Assembly: GCF_000027125.1 (NCBI RefSeq)
Contig: NC_017626.1
DNA from: Escherichia coli 042
GTDB taxonomy: Bacteria > Pseudomonadota > Gammaproteobacteria > Enterobacterales > Enterobacteriaceae
Strand: one strand, 5' to 3'
DNA length: 64,000 nt
The translations under genes and the position numbers were made by a program. This document shows, piece by piece, positions 11,152 to 25,358 of the stretch; the stretch's first letter is position 1; every line of letters starts with the position of its first letter. Under the pieces are notes generated by a model that was not told where the DNA came from, ran no database searches, and worked only from the letters and a program-made list of their open reading frames with translations.

Positions 11152-12011
11152 GATTTCGCTCCCGAACTCCATCGTGTAGTTATTGTAAATACATCCTCAG
11201 AACAGACATCCACGCAGCGACCGCACGTCATGCAATCGCGGCTGGTGACCTGCACCGGGCTTTGTTCATCCAGCACCGGGGCACGTAGCACATGCGGTTC
11301 CGGGCAAACATGAAAACAATCCATACAGCGGTTACATTTCTGCCGATCGGTGGCCGCAACGGTAATGACACCTTTGCTACCCAGCACGCCATACAGCGCG
11401 CCAACCGGACAAATGTGCCCGCACCAGCCGTGTTCAACGACCAGTAGATCAAATAAAAACAGCGCGAGAATAAGCAGCGCGCCGCTGCCGAATCCCATTA
11501 CCAGACTGCGCCCCATCAGGGAAACGGGGTTGATCCATTCCCAGATGAGTGTGCCGGTTAAGGCCGATCCCAGCAGAATGACCACCAACAGCACGTAGCG
11601 AATGTGGCGAGGGATCGTCGCAGACTGATTGAGGTCAAAGCGCCTGCGTAACCAGTTCGCTAAGTCGGTAATCGGGTTCAGCGGGCAGACCCAGCTGCAA
11701 AATAATCGCTTTCCTGCCAGGGCGTAGAGCACGGTGATAATTACCGCACCGGTCAACGCCACCGTGGCAGGCAGATGACCGCTGGCAAGACTTTGCAGCG
11801 TCATCAGCGGATCGGTCAGCGGAACGGTGTCGAATAACAGGCTACTGCTGTAGTTGCCGTGCAAGATCCACACACCAAACCACGGACCGCTCAAAAACAT
11901 CCCCAGCACGAAGAACTGACAAAGGCGACGTAACACCAGCCAACGGTGGCTGCGCCACCAGCCTTTTTTCTCCAGCGCCTCGCGCCCGGCGTCACGTTTA
12001 CGATTTGCCAT
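11148..12011 (-). CDS. napH: Membrane-bound ferredoxin-type protein NapH
   Basis: 287 aa, TM helices plus C-terminal Cys clusters (CNRCMDC, CMTCGRC). Confidence 0.9.
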
Positions 12012-12693
12012 TGTTCCCCTCCAGCCAGCCGAAGCGGTAATGGTGACCTAACTCCCCTTTCGCCAGTGACAGCGGTAACACCTTGATTGCCGGTTGTTCC
12101 AGCACGCACACTTTTTCGCACTTACCGCAGCCGGTACAGGCGTCGCTGTGAACCGTCGGCAGAAAGCGGGCGTGCTTACCGGTACGCGTGTTGCGCTCCA
12201 GCTCCAGGGTGATTGCCTCATCAATTTTCGGGCATTCGCGATAACAAACATCGCAGCGCAGCCCCTGAAAGTTGAGACAGTTTTCCTGGTCCACCAGTAC
12301 CGCCAGCCCCATCCGCGCGTCGTCGATCGATTCGATCTCACGATCCAGCGCACCGCTCGGGCACACTTTGGCGCACGGAATGTCCTCACACATTTCGCAA
12401 GGAATATCCCGTGCGACAAAATATGGCGTGCCCGCCGACAGGCCAGAAGCCAGCGTCGCCAGTTTTAAGGTGTCATAAGGGCAAGCCTGAACACACTGAC
12501 CGCAACGCACACAGGCACTGGCAAAGGCGTTCTCGTTTATGGCTCCGGGCGGGCGCAACCGCACGCCAGATGCGCGTGCGGTTTGCTGTTGTAACCCCAG
12601 CGCCACACCCACGGCAGCCAGCCCGCCAGCTGTGCGAACGACATCGCGCAGAAAGCGGCGGCGACCATTTTGAGGTTTCGCTGACCGGGACAT
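11998..12693 (-). CDS. napG: Ferredoxin-type protein NapG
   Basis: 231 aa, twin-arginine signal (RRRFLRDV), four Cys4 clusters. Confidence 0.9.
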
Positions 12694-12699
12694 AATGGC

Positions 12700-15186
12700 T
12701 TACACCTTCTCCAGTTTGACCGCGCACTTCTTGAAGTCCGTCTCTTTCGAGAGCGGATCGGTCGCATCCAGCGTCAGTTTGTTAACCAGCTGTGCGGCGT
12801 CGAAGAACGGCATGTACACCAGGCCCTGCGGCGGACGGTTACGACCGCGCGTTTCGACAATCGAGATCACTTCGCCACGGCGAGAAACCACTTTCACTTT
12901 GTCGCCACGGCGCAGATCGCGCGCTTTCGCATCCAACGGGTGAATAAACAGGACCGCTTCCGGGAAGGCACGGTGCAGTTCCGGTACACGGCGAGTCATA
13001 CTGCCGGTATGCCAGTGCTCCAGGACGCGTCCGGTAGAGAGCCACAGGTCGTACTCTTCATCCGGTGCCTCCGCCGCCGGTTCGAACGGCAGCGCGAAGA
13101 TCACCGCTTTGCCATCCGGTTTACCGTAGAACTTGTAGCCTTCGCCCGCTTTCACGTATGGGTCGTTACCTTCGCTGTAACGCCACTGCGTTTCTTTACC
13201 GTTCACTACCGGCCAGCGCAGACCGCGTGCTTTGTGGTAATCATCGAACGGTGCCAGATCGTGACCGTGACCACGACCAAACCATGCGTACTCTTCGAAC
13301 AGCCCTTTTTGCAGATAGAAGCCCAGCTCGCGGGATTCATCGTTCAGCTGATCTTCCGCCAGTTCTGATACCGGGAATTTGCTCACTTCCGGGGTGGCAT
13401 ACAGAACTTCGTACAGCGTTTTGCCACGCAGTTCCGGTTTCTTCGCCAGCAGCTCTTCCGGCCATACTTCTTCAGTTTTGAAGCGGCGGGAGAACTGGAC
13501 TAACTGCCAGAGATCCGATTTCGCTTCGCCCGGTGCCTGTACCTGCTGACGCCAGAATTGAGTACGGCGTTCGGCGTTACCGTAAGCCCCCTCTTTCTCT
13601 ACCCACATTGCGGTCGGCAGAATCAAGTCCGCTGCCAGCGCACTGACTGTCGGATACGGATCGGAGACGATGATGAAGTTGCGCGGATCGCGCCAGCCCG
13701 GCATACGCTCTTCATTGATGTTCGGCCCGGCCTGCATGTTGTTGGTACACATGGTCCAGTAAACATTCAGCTTGCCGTCTTTCAGCGCACGGTCTTGTGC
13801 CACCGCGTGCAGACCGATTTTCGCCGGAATGGTGCCGCTCGGGATATTCCACTTCTTCTCGCAGATATCACGGTGTTTCTCGTTAGTCACCACCATGTCC
13901 GCAGGCAGACGGTGAGCAAAGGTGCCCACTTCACGCGCAGTACCACACGCGGAAGGCTGCCCGGTCAGGGAGAACGGACCGCAACCCGGCTGGGAAATTT
14001 TGCCGGTCAGCAGGTGCAGGTTGTAGACCAGGTTGTTGGCCCACACGCCACGAGTATGCTGGTTGAAGCCCATCGTCCAGTAGGAGATGACTTTCTTGTT
14101 CGGATCGGCATACAGCTGCGCCAGTTGTTCCAGCTGATCTTTTGGTACGCCAGTCATTTCGGCGGTTTTTTCCAGCGTATACTCGGCAACGAAGGCTTTG
14201 TAATCTTCAAAGCTCATCGGTTCGGAGGCGTCAGAACCCGGATTCTTCGCTGCTTTTTCCAGCGGATGGGTCGGACGTAAACCGTAGCCGATGTCCGTCG
14301 CCCCTTTGCGCAGGTTAACGTGCTTGCTGAAGAAGTCCTGATTTATCGCATTGTTTTGAATGATATAGTTGGCGATGTAGTTCAGGATCACCAGGTCAGA
14401 TTGCGGCGTAAAGATGATGCCGTTATCCGCCAGCTCGAAGCTACGATGCTGGTAGGTAGAAAGCACCGCCACGGTGACGTTCTGGTTAGAGAGACGACGG
14501 TTAGTGATGCGTGACCAGAGGATCGGGTGCATCTCCGCCATGTTAGCGCCCCACAGCACAAACGCGTCAGCCTGCTCGATGTCGTCATAGCAGCCCATCG
14601 GCTCATCCATACCAAAGGTACGCATAAAGCCAACTACTGCCGACGCCATACAGTGACGCGCGTTCGGGTCGATGTTGTTCGAACGGAAGCCCGCTTTAAA
14701 CAGCTTGGACGCGGCATAACCTTCCCAGATAGTCCACTGACCAGAACCGAACATACCGATCGACTCCGGCCCTTTTTCTTTCAGGGCGGTTTTGAATTTC
14801 TCTTCCATCACATCGAAGGCCTGATCCCAGGTGATTGGGGTAAATTCGCCTTCTTTGTCATATTTACCGTTTTTCATACGCAGCAGCGGCTGCGTCAAAC
14901 GGTCTTTACCGTACATGATTTTGGGCAGGAAATAGCCCTTAATGCAGTTCAGACCACGGTTAACCGGTGCGTCCGGGTCGCCCTGACAGGCCACCACACG
15001 CCCCTGCTGCGTTCCGACCAGAACGCCGCAACCAGTACCGCAGAAACGGCACGGCGCTTTATCCCATTTAATGGCTTCCTGCTGACCAACAACGGCGCGG
15101 GCAACGCCCGGCACGCTGAGACCGGCAGCCGCCGCAGCGGCCGCAACGGCGTTAGCTTTCATAAAGCTACGACGACTGAGTTTCAT
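12700..15186 (-). CDS. napA: Periplasmic nitrate reductase catalytic subunit NapA
   Basis: 828 aa molybdoenzyme, Tat signal ([10 protein letters not shown]...), N-terminal Cys cluster CRFCGTGCG. Confidence 0.95.
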   Translation of the reverse strand: MKLSRRSFMKANAVAAAAAAAGLSVPGVARAVVGQQEAIKWDKAPCRFCGTGCGVLVGTQQGRVVACQGDPDAPVNRGLNCIKGYFLPKIMYGKDRLTQPLLRMKNGKYDKEGEFTPITWDQAFDVMEEKFKTALKEKGPESIGMFGSGQWTIWEGYAASKLFKAGFRSNNIDPNARHCMASAVVGFMRTFGMDEPMGCYDDIEQADAFVLWGANMAEMHPILWSRITNRRLSNQNVTVAVLSTYQHRSFELADNGIIFTPQSDLVILNYIANYIIQNNAINQDFFSKHVNLRKGATDIGYGLRPTHPLEKAAKNPGSDASEPMSFEDYKAFVAEYTLEKTAEMTGVPKDQLEQLAQLYADPNKKVISYWTMGFNQHTRGVWANNLVYNLHLLTGKISQPGCGPFSLTGQPSACGTAREVGTFAHRLPADMVVTNEKHRDICEKKWNIPSGTIPAKIGLHAVAQDRALKDGKLNVYWTMCTNNMQAGPNINEERMPGWRDPRNFIIVSDPYPTVSALAADLILPTAMWVEKEGAYGNAERRTQFWRQQVQAPGEAKSDLWQLVQFSRRFKTEEVWPEELLAKKPELRGKTLYEVLYATPEVSKFPVSELAEDQLNDESRELGFYLQKGLFEEYAWFGRGHGHDLAPFDDYHKARGLRWPVVNGKETQWRYSEGNDPYVKAGEGYKFYGKPDGKAVIFALPFEPAAEAPDEEYDLWLSTGRVLEHWHTGSMTRRVPELHRAFPEAVLFIHPLDAKARDLRRGDKVKVVSRRGEVISIVETRGRNRPPQGLVYMPFFDAAQLVNKLTLDATDPLSKETDFKKCAVKLEKV

Positions 15187-15446
15187 GGTGTTTCCTCACC
15201 TTGCTCTTCCTGCTGGTGATAAACCAGCGACACCGCCAGCACGCCCTCTACGTTGCGTACTGACTCAATGATTTGGATCAGCGTTTCGCTGTCTTCTGCT
15301 TCCACCACCACAATCAACTGACCGCTCGGCGCGTCGCTGACAGCAACTTCACAGCCGGGAAAGGCGTTCAGTTGGGTGCTGATGTCTGAAATTCGTTCGC
15401 TTTTGGCCTGCACGACCAGGCTGCAAACTTGCCAGTTAGTGTGCAT
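15183..15446 (-). CDS. napD: NapA chaperone NapD
   Basis: 87 aa, ATGA overlap with napA start. Confidence 0.85.
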   Translation of the reverse strand: MHTNWQVCSLVVQAKSERISDISTQLNAFPGCEVAVSDAPSGQLIVVVEAEDSETLIQIIESVRNVEGVLAVSLVYHQQEEQGEETP

Positions 15447-15930
15447 GGAGATACTCCGCAGTTATGGCTGATACCGGACAGCTGGCTGCACATGCTCCAC
15501 ATCCGTTGCAAAGTTGGCTATTAAGTTGCGGCTGGTAGATCCCGGAGAGCGTCGGGCGAAAGATAATTGCCATTGGCTCACAGCTATCCTGACAGCGGCG
15601 GCATTCAACTGACTGATACGCCAGGCACGCGTCCCCAATGGTGAACTGCAAATCCCAGGCCCTGGTGTGGCGCGGAGAAAATAGCGATTCGGGGCAAGCC
15701 TGCGCGCAGGCGTAACAGAAGCTGCACTCGTTATTTTTGAAGTTAACGCTCGGATAGCCGCCCGCGCCGCGTTGCAGAATGTTGTTTTCACAAGCATTAA
15801 TACAGGCGTCGCAGCGAGTGCAATGGGTCAGAAAATGAGATTCATCACCGGACCAGGGCGGACGGATACCGTTACTGGCTTTGCGCCAGCGACCAGTGAG
15901 TATGCCCCGACGGGATGCATCAATCTTCAC
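15436..15930 (-). CDS. napF: Ferredoxin-type protein NapF
   Basis: 164 aa with multiple CxxCxxCxxxCP iron-sulfur motifs; first gene of nap operon. Confidence 0.9.
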   Translation of the reverse strand: MKIDASRRGILTGRWRKASNGIRPPWSGDESHFLTHCTRCDACINACENNILQRGAGGYPSVNFKNNECSFCYACAQACPESLFSPRHTRAWDLQFTIGDACLAYQSVECRRCQDSCEPMAIIFRPTLSGIYQPQLNSQLCNGCGACAASCPVSAITAEYLHAH

Positions 15931-16043
15931 ATTGACCTTCCATCATTAACGCGCTCTGAAAATTGAGAGCGACCAAATAAACCGCATAATTAATAAGCCA
16001 TTTTTATAGCCGCTAAGATATTAAAGGATGTGTCAAAGATGCA

Positions 16044-16059
16044 TACCCCGATCGGGGTA
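16044..16059. promoter_or_regulatory. NarP/NarL 7-2-7 heptamer pair upstream of napF
   Basis: Perfect 16-bp palindrome TACCCCG-AT-CGGGGTA about 120 bp upstream of napF start codon; matches the NarL/NarP heptamer pattern TACYYMT in 7-2-7 arrangement. Confidence 0.6.
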
Positions 16060-16064
16060 AAACC

Positions 16065-16078
16065 TGTAGCAGGATCAA
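16065..16078. promoter_or_regulatory. Candidate FNR site in napF promoter
   Basis: tgtag-cagg-ATCAA, one good FNR half-site, centred 20 bp upstream (relative to napF) of the NarP palindrome centre, consistent with the reported -64.5/-44.5 arrangement. Confidence 0.4.
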
Positions 16079-16337
16079 AAGAGTGGCGGGAAGCGTGGCA
16101 AAAACGGGCTTTTGCTCACATTTCAAATGGTTATAAACATACTTATATAGCGATTAATTCACCAGAGATATTTATGTCGGTTTGTTCTCTCACCAGAATT
16201 TAACACTAAAAGAGCAGGTAAAATTGTCTGAATGTTCTTTAAGTTATTCATAAAGCAAATTAATAAATCTGATGAATATGTTAACCTTCAGCGACATCAT
16301 CGGTGAAAACCTATAAATGAAGAAGGAAAGCAAAAAA

Positions 16338-16826
16338 ATGAAGACCATTCTACCTGCAGTATTGTTTGCCGCTTTCGCCACCACTTCCGCCTGGGCGGCA
16401 GAAAGCGTCCAGCCACTGGAAAAAATCGCGCCTTATCCACAAGCTGAAAAAGGCATGAAGCGTCAGGTGATTCAGTTAACCCCGCAAGAAGATGAATCTA
16501 CCCTGAAAGTAGAACTGTTAATCGGCCAGACGCTGGAAGTCGATTGCAATTTGCATCGTCTCGGCGGGAAGCTGGAAAGCAAAACGCTGGAAGGCTGGGG
16601 CTATGATTATTACGTCTTTGATAAAGTTAGCTCGCCGGTTTCCACGATGATGGCCTGCCCGGATGGCAAGAAAGAGAAGAAATTTGTCACCGCGTATCTG
16701 GGCGATGCCGGAATGCTGCGTTATAACAGCAAGCTGCCGATCGTGGTGTATACGCCAGACAATGTGGATGTGAAGTACCGCATCTGGAAGGCGGAAGAGA
16801 AAATTGACAACGCGGTAGTTCGCTAA
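16338..16826 (+). CDS. eco: Ecotin, periplasmic serine protease inhibitor
   Basis: Start set at [13 protein letters not shown] (162 aa) with signal peptide; upstream in-frame ATG of track ORF judged not the true start. Confidence 0.9.
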   Translation: MKTILPAVLFAAFATTSAWAAESVQPLEKIAPYPQAEKGMKRQVIQLTPQEDESTLKVELLIGQTLEVDCNLHRLGGKLESKTLEGWGYDYYVFDKVSSPVSTMMACPDGKKEKKFVTAYLGDAGMLRYNSKLPIVVYTPDNVDVKYRIWKAEEKIDNAVVR

Positions 16827-16849
16827 ACTGCTGTGAAGTGCGGCACCCC

Positions 16850-16973
16850 GTAGGTCGGATAAGGCGGTCACGCCGCATCCGACATCTAACGCCCGAGCCG
16901 GTTGACTGATGCGACGCTGACGCGTCTTATCTGCATATGCCACATCCGGCATACCATGCCGGATGTGGCATAT
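16850..16973. repeat. REP-like palindromes plus 18-bp perfect inverted-repeat hairpin between convergent eco and mqo
   Basis: gtaggtcggataaggcggtcacgccgcatccgac (REP-like) and atatgccacatccggcat-acc-atgccggatgtggcatat perfect hairpin at 16935..16973. Confidence 0.6.
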
Positions 16974-16975
16974 CA

Positions 16976-18634
<1,659 letters not shown>

Positions 18635-18839
18635 TTACTTTTAGTCGCTTTATTGCAGGTGAGATTTGCGCGGCATCAACGGTAACACTTAAGTAACAAC
18701 ATTTAAATAATGTTTATAAATTATATTCTAATTTTAGAAACATTATAATTTCGTTGATTAATTATAGGGTTATTAGAAACGAAGGTATTTTTAGAATATT
18801 GACCTGGCGGCAGCAGTCCGCCAGGTCAGCGTCGTAATA

Positions 18840-20483
18840 TTATGCCGTCCGGGCAACAGCATCACGCGAAGCAGCATCGCGCTCTTCGCCCGTCAGCTCG
18901 CTAAGTTGCCCGTTGCGCATTTCCAGCAGGCGGTCGGCGTGGATAAAGTAATGATCATCATGACTGATGGCGAAAATAGTTTTACCCATCTCCTGCATCA
19001 GCGGCAGCAACACCTGATAAAACTCACGACGGAAGTGTGGATCCTGATCCGCCGCCCATTCATCCAGCAGGATAATATCGCGTTCTTCTGCCAGCGCCAG
19101 CAACAGCGCCACGCGTTTTTTCTGCCCTTTCGATAACTTCAGGTTAACAATACGCCCGTTACTTAACTCAAGCTTATGAGCCATTTTCAGCTGCGCCAGC
19201 CACTTCTCAACCAGTTGCGGGTTAGCGGGTTGCCCCTCCGGCCCCAGCAGTTGATCAAACAGCCAGACATCGGTAAACACCGCCGAAAACAGTTTGCGAT
19301 AATCTTCCGGTTGTTCGCCGCTGACAGGTTTGCCATCCAGCAAGATTTCGCCGCTTTGTGGCTGATACAAGCCCGTCAGCAACATCGCCAGCGTCGATTT
19401 TCCGCTACCGTTGCCGCCAATCAGAAACAGCAGCTCGCCACGTTTGATGGTGAGATTAATCGGACCAACGGAAAACGCGTTATCCTGATAAGCAAACGTC
19501 ACGTTACGCAGCTCCAGCGTTTGCCAGTTGGGAAACGCCTGCGGGCGCGGAAACTCTGCTTTGAAAGGCGCGAGCGCGAATTTGTTCAGCTTGTTAAACG
19601 CCACCTGCGCCGTCAGCAGCGTCGGCAATGCGCCAACCGCCGAAAGCAGCGGCGTACGCAGGAATAACAACGTCAACGAATAGGTCGCGGCAACGTTGGT
19701 ATCAGCCCAACCGAGACTGTTCGCCATCCAGAACACCAGGCCGATTGCGCCCAGCATCATGATGTTTGACCAGTTCACGGCACTAAGATGGAAGGTGTCT
19801 GCGCGGATAATATGATGGCGATACTCTTGCGCATCAGGAATGTAGAGGTTGTTAAACACATACTCGGCGCGTTCCCGGTTCAGAGTCAGCTCTTTGCGCC
19901 CTTCGAGTACGGTTTGAAAATCCGTGTACAGCTTGTCTTCGGTTTCACGCAGGGTCGCCATGTGTTTGTACACCCGCGCCACCAGTACAAAACCACCCCA
20001 GATGGTGACTGCCATCCAGATAGCCGTTACCAGCAACATTTTGCCCGACAGCATCCACAGATACGCCGCTGAACCGATAGTGAGAATGATCCCCTGCACC
20101 AGTTCCGGCAGACGCACAAAAGCAATGGTGATATTGCGCACATCGCTGGTTAACCCCGCCAGCAACGAGGCGCTACCGAGTTGTTCAATGCGCTCGACGT
20201 GGGTATCCAGAATCCGCTTGATAAATTCACTACGCAGTCGGTAAACGAAGTGATGCCCCAAAGTGGTGAGCGCCAGTTGCGATCCGAGAGTGACTGCCAT
20301 CAACAGCAGCAATAATCCCAGAAACTCCGGTAACACCAGCAGACTGGTATCCGCCGTTTCGATAAGGCGCTGATTGATAAAAGCAATTAAGCCAATGCCT
20401 AATGCCGCACTGGCGAGGCTTAGCGCCATCACACTGATAAATGGCCAGCGATACTGCCGCCAGACAAGTACAAGAAGTTCCAT
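18840..20483 (-). CDS. yojI: ABC transporter, fused permease/ATPase (YojI, microcin J25 efflux)
   Basis: 547 aa, N-terminal TM domain plus C-terminal NBD with Walker [10 protein letters not shown]. Confidence 0.85.
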   Translation of the reverse strand: MELLVLVWRQYRWPFISVMALSLASAALGIGLIAFINQRLIETADTSLLVLPEFLGLLLLLMAVTLGSQLALTTLGHHFVYRLRSEFIKRILDTHVERIEQLGSASLLAGLTSDVRNITIAFVRLPELVQGIILTIGSAAYLWMLSGKMLLVTAIWMAVTIWGGFVLVARVYKHMATLRETEDKLYTDFQTVLEGRKELTLNRERAEYVFNNLYIPDAQEYRHHIIRADTFHLSAVNWSNIMMLGAIGLVFWMANSLGWADTNVAATYSLTLLFLRTPLLSAVGALPTLLTAQVAFNKLNKFALAPFKAEFPRPQAFPNWQTLELRNVTFAYQDNAFSVGPINLTIKRGELLFLIGGNGSGKSTLAMLLTGLYQPQSGEILLDGKPVSGEQPEDYRKLFSAVFTDVWLFDQLLGPEGQPANPQLVEKWLAQLKMAHKLELSNGRIVNLKLSKGQKKRVALLLALAEERDIILLDEWAADQDPHFRREFYQVLLPLMQEMGKTIFAISHDDHYFIHADRLLEMRNGQLSELTGEERDAASRDAVARTA

Positions 20484-20558
20484 GCAGAAAACCCGGACAA
20501 TGAATTACAGCCCGCAGTTTAAACATCTTCGCGCGCACAGCAATAATAATTCTTATTT

Positions 20559-21209
20559 TTATTCTTTTTTACCTGCCTGACGGAATGTCAGGTTGTAGCG
20601 GCAGTCGGCGGTGAGTGGATGAAACCCCGCTTTCAACGGTTGAATACCGTGATAAAACAGCCGCGATTCACCGCCCCATACCACCACATCGCCATGTTCC
20701 AACAACAAACGTTTGAGCGGATCATTTCGTTTCAGGCCGCCAAATTGAAAAATCGCGGGTAAGCCCAGAGAAACAGAAACAATCGGCGCGCGCAGATCCG
20801 GTTCGTCTTTATCCTGATGCAGCGACAGTTTCGCGCCAGGAGCGTAGCGGTTGATAAGACAAGCATCTGGCTGGAAATCTGGATAGCCCGCCGCCGTAGC
20901 CGCACGTTGACATAAATCATGAAAGCTTTGTGGCATGGCGGGCCACGGTTTATTTGTTTGCGGATCAATGGGCGAATAGAGATAACCTTGCCGATGGGTC
21001 GTCCAGCCCAGATGCCCACAGTTGGTCATCGCCACCGACATGGTATATCCGCCTGGAGTGACCATCTGGCGAAACGGCGACTGGCTGGCAACATCATTAA
21101 TATCGCGGATCAGTTGCTCCGCAGCGTTAAAAGCAAAACGCCGTAAAATCACCGCTCCAGCCGCCAGTGGCTCTTGCCACGGTTCAGCATCGGCAAACAG
21201 ATCCAACAT
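20559..21209 (-). CDS. alkB: Alpha-ketoglutarate/Fe(II)-dependent DNA dealkylase AlkB
   Basis: 216 aa, 2OG-Fe(II) oxygenase His-x-Asp motif (SLHQDKDE); start overlaps ada stop. Confidence 0.9.
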   Translation of the reverse strand: MLDLFADAEPWQEPLAAGAVILRRFAFNAAEQLIRDINDVASQSPFRQMVTPGGYTMSVAMTNCGHLGWTTHRQGYLYSPIDPQTNKPWPAMPQSFHDLCQRAATAAGYPDFQPDACLINRYAPGAKLSLHQDKDEPDLRAPIVSVSLGLPAIFQFGGLKRNDPLKRLLLEHGDVVVWGGESRLFYHGIQPLKAGFHPLTADCRYNLTFRQAGKKE

Positions 21210-22273
21210 TACCTCTCCTCATTTTCAACTTCGCGGCGCAGCAGTTGCGCTTTGCGCGACACGCCCCAGCGGTAACCGGAAAGTGTGCCATCACCACGGA
21301 CCACCCGATGACAGGGTATTATGATAGCCAGCTTGTTGGCGGCACAGGCGCTGGCAACGGCCCGTACCGCTTTCGGTTTGCCGATGGCGTTAGCCAGTTG
21401 CTGATAACTGACGGTTTCACCGCAAGGTATCGTGCGCAGTGCCTGCCAGACTTGTTGCTGAAAAGCAGTGCCGTGAATGTCCAGCGGTAACGTCAGCGGC
21501 GTATCGCGTTGATTGAGGCTGGCGATCACGTCACGCACATGTTGTTGAAACGTCAAATCGGCAGGCGCGTTGTCGGCAGCGGGAAACATCTGCTGCAACT
21601 CGCTGATTAATGTCGCGTCATCATCGCCCAGCAATATCGCGCAAATCCCCCGCTCGCTTTCTGCCACCAGGCAACGGCCCAGCTCACAATCAGCCAGCGC
21701 GTAACGCACCGCCAGATTTTCGCCACCGTGACGGAATTGTTTAGCCGTCATGCCCAGCGTTTCGTCGGCTTTGCGGTAGTAACTGCTGCTGTCGGGAAAT
21801 CCGGCGTTAAGAATAGATGTAGTCACGCTCTCCCCTTTCGCCAGCGATTCGCGCAAACGGCGAGCGCGCCAGGCCTGTTGCCAGGCTTTAGGCGTCATTC
21901 CGGTAGTCGCTTTAAACAACCGATGCAGATGGAACGGACTCATCGCCACCTGGTCGGCTAAGGCTTCCAGCGTTACAGGCGTTTCCTGTTCCAGAAGTCG
22001 GCAGGCGTGGGTAATTTTATCAAGCCGATGTTGCTGGGCATTGGCTTTGTCTGGCTGACAACGTTTGCAGGGGCGAAATCCGGCGGCGAGTGCCTCGCTG
22101 GCATTTGCGTAGAAGGAGACATTTTCCCGCAAGGCATGTCTGGCGCGGCAAGACGGACGGCAAAAGATACCCGTGGTGCGCACGGCGAAAACGAATTCGC
22201 CGTCGGCATTCGGGTCGCGGGCTAAGACAGATTGCCAGCGTTGATCGTCAGTTAAGCATGTGGCGTTTTTCAT
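21209..22273 (-). CDS. ada: Ada bifunctional regulator / O6-methylguanine-DNA methyltransferase
   Basis: 354 aa, N-terminal Cys4 zinc site (FRPCKRCQP), AraC-type HTH, C-terminal PCHR active site. Confidence 0.9.
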   Translation of the reverse strand: MKNATCLTDDQRWQSVLARDPNADGEFVFAVRTTGIFCRPSCRARHALRENVSFYANASEALAAGFRPCKRCQPDKANAQQHRLDKITHACRLLEQETPVTLEALADQVAMSPFHLHRLFKATTGMTPKAWQQAWRARRLRESLAKGESVTTSILNAGFPDSSSYYRKADETLGMTAKQFRHGGENLAVRYALADCELGRCLVAESERGICAILLGDDDATLISELQQMFPAADNAPADLTFQQHVRDVIASLNQRDTPLTLPLDIHGTAFQQQVWQALRTIPCGETVSYQQLANAIGKPKAVRAVASACAANKLAIIIPCHRVVRGDGTLSGYRWGVSRKAQLLRREVENEER

Positions 22274-22340
22274 AATCAGCTCCCTGGTTAAGGATAGCCT
22301 TTAGTCTGCCCGGTCACCATCACGCAAAAACCAACAATCT

Positions 22341-22348
22341 TGCGCTTT
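22341..22348 (-). promoter_or_regulatory. Ada box (AAAGCGCA) in ada promoter
   Basis: Minus-strand AAAGCGCA about 70 bp upstream of ada start codon, overlapping apbE stop codon. Confidence 0.5.
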
Positions 22349-23402
22349 AATTTTTTTCGCTGATAAGGAAGCTTTTAAACTGCGGCGACATCCAGGTTTT
22401 AAAATTATCGCCCTCTTTGGTGATCATATAAACCGCCAGCCCTTCCCGACGAACAACCTCTTTGGCTTTCTCCGGCCCCAGTACCATCAAGCCAGTATCC
22501 CAGGCATCGGCTTCCAGCGCCGTCGGAGCAATCACCGTCACGGATACCAGATTGTGTTCGATGGGACGCCCGGTTTGCGGATCGATAACATGAGAAAGAC
22601 GTTTGCCGTCCAGTTCGTAATAGTTACGGTAGCTGCCAGAGGTACTAATCCCATGACCGTTGATATCCACCACGGCCTGAACCGCGTTTTCTTTATCGGT
22701 TGGTTTTTGAATCGCTACCCGCCACGGCTGGCCTGCACCGTTCATACCACGGCTGTTCAGCGCGCCGCCCACCGACACCAGATAGCGGGAAATCCCTTCC
22801 TGCTCCATCAAGCGTGCCAGGTGATCCGCCGCATAACCTTCACCGACGGTAGAGAGATCGACATATAAATCCGGCAGGTCTTTTTGCAGATATTGCTGGT
22901 GGGACTGATTAATCACCGTCAGGTGCTGTAAGCCGGTTTTGGCTTTCATCGCATCGATCTGTTCCTGGCTCGGAATTTGAATCGGCTGTTGTTCCGGGCC
23001 AAAGCCCCACAGATTCACCAGCGGCCCGACGGTTATATCCATCGCACCATCGGTCCTTGCGCCAATGCGCAGCGAGGTGGTGACGATATCGGCCATCGCT
23101 TCACTTACCGGCCACGGCGATAAACTTTGCGAGTCGTTAAATCGCATCAGCGCGGAATCTTTTTTATAGGTCGAAAGCAGCTGATCGTCGGCGTCCAGCT
23201 GGGTCTGAATCTTTTCTTTAAGTTCGGCACTGCGTTTGGCGTCAATGCCCGGAATGCTGGCACGCCAGAAGGTACCCATGGTTTTGCCTTCAAGAACGAT
23301 AACTTCAGTAGCGTGGGTTTTGGCGGGTTGTGGTTTTTGATCGCAACCAACAAAGAAGAGCGCGGCAGCCAGCAGTGCCACGCGGGTAAAGCTTATTTCC
23401 AT
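22347..23402 (-). CDS. apbE: FAD:protein FMN transferase lipoprotein ApbE
   Basis: 351 aa, lipoprotein signal with lipobox Cys (FFVGCDQ). Confidence 0.9.
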   Translation of the reverse strand: MEISFTRVALLAAALFFVGCDQKPQPAKTHATEVIVLEGKTMGTFWRASIPGIDAKRSAELKEKIQTQLDADDQLLSTYKKDSALMRFNDSQSLSPWPVSEAMADIVTTSLRIGARTDGAMDITVGPLVNLWGFGPEQQPIQIPSQEQIDAMKAKTGLQHLTVINQSHQQYLQKDLPDLYVDLSTVGEGYAADHLARLMEQEGISRYLVSVGGALNSRGMNGAGQPWRVAIQKPTDKENAVQAVVDINGHGISTSGSYRNYYELDGKRLSHVIDPQTGRPIEHNLVSVTVIAPTALEADAWDTGLMVLGPEKAKEVVRREGLAVYMITKEGDNFKTWMSPQFKSFLISEKN

Positions 23403-23472
23403 ACGTGATTATCCTCATGCGAACGGTCGCAAGAGTACACCAAAAAACTGTGTTTGTACGCTGAAAACAATG

Positions 23473-23492
23473 AAAAAAGGGCCCGCAGGCCC
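23473..23492 (-). terminator. Rho-independent terminator of ompC
   Basis: Minus-strand hairpin GGGCC-tgcg-GGCCC followed by six T, 20 nt after ompC stop. Confidence 0.65.
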
Positions 23493-23513
23493 TTTGTTCG
23501 ATATCAATCGAGA

Positions 23514-24635
<1,122 letters not shown>

Positions 24636-24758
24636 TTATATGCCTTTATTTGCTTTTTTATGCCACTGCATACTGATTAACCCTCATTAATCAGTCGGCA
24701 AGTCCATTCTCCCCAAAAATGCAGAATAATCCAACACGAATATGATACTAAAACTTTT

Positions 24759-24799
24759 AAGATGTTTCATTTATCGCTATAGATGTTTCAAAATGTAAA
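24759..24799. promoter_or_regulatory. OmpR binding sites of ompC/micF divergent control region
   Basis: Minus-strand TTTACATTTTGAAACATCTA (24780..24799) and adjacent related repeat AAGATGTTTCATTTATCGC, matching OmpR site pattern upstream of ompC. Confidence 0.6.
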
Positions 24800-24954
24800 T
24801 GCAAGGGAACTTTTTAAGATTATTGCGGAATGGCGAAATAAGCACCTAACATCAAGCAATAATAATTCAAGGTTAAAATCAATAACTTATTCTTAAGTAT
24901 TTGACAGCACTGAATGTCAAAACAAAACCTTCACTCGCAACTAGAATAACTCCC

Positions 24955-25047
24955 GCTATCATCATTAACTTTATTTATTACCGTCATTCATTTCTGAATG
25001 TCTGTTTACCCCTATTTCAACCGGATGCCTCGCATCCGGTTTTTTTT
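24955..25047 (+). ncRNA. micF: MicF antisense sRNA (represses ompF)
   Basis: Sequence GCTATCATCATTAACTTTATTTATTACCGTCATTCATTTCTGAATGTCTGTTTACCCCTATTTCAACCGGATGCCTCGCATCCGGTTTTTTTT recognised as micF; ends with terminator hairpin plus T-run; TAGAAT -10 box 7 bp upstream; divergent from ompC. Confidence 0.85.
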
Positions 25048-25358
25048 ACCCTTCTTTACACACTTTTCATTATTCTGTGCTACCACAGAAAAACTATAAC
25101 GCTTGTTAACTATTTCACAAATAATTAACATCAGCATAATTTCCAGCAATCTTCGTTTATTTGCAATTAATTTCGTTGGGCTTTTTGTAGGTTATTTGTA
25201 CAGCAAAATGGCGCTTGTACATCTATTTCCCCCAATGCAGGATGATAAATATCACGGGAGAATAGAGAATCATCAATCAGGTAAGAGTCTGGAATTTCAC
25301 ACTGTACCCTTTATACTGCCCTATCACTTCGCGAAGTTTTAACAGGTCATAAACACGA

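Noticed and set aside
13558-15219. Long plus-strand ORFs (240 aa and 230 aa) antisense to napA
   Set aside because: They lie entirely inside the confidently identified napA gene on the opposite strand; such stop-free antisense frames are common in GC-rich coding DNA and the translations have no recognisable features
20565-20590. Hairpin cctgacggaatgtcagg near alkB 3' end as terminator
   Set aside because: It lies inside the alkB coding sequence and on the minus strand is followed by A-rich rather than U-rich sequence
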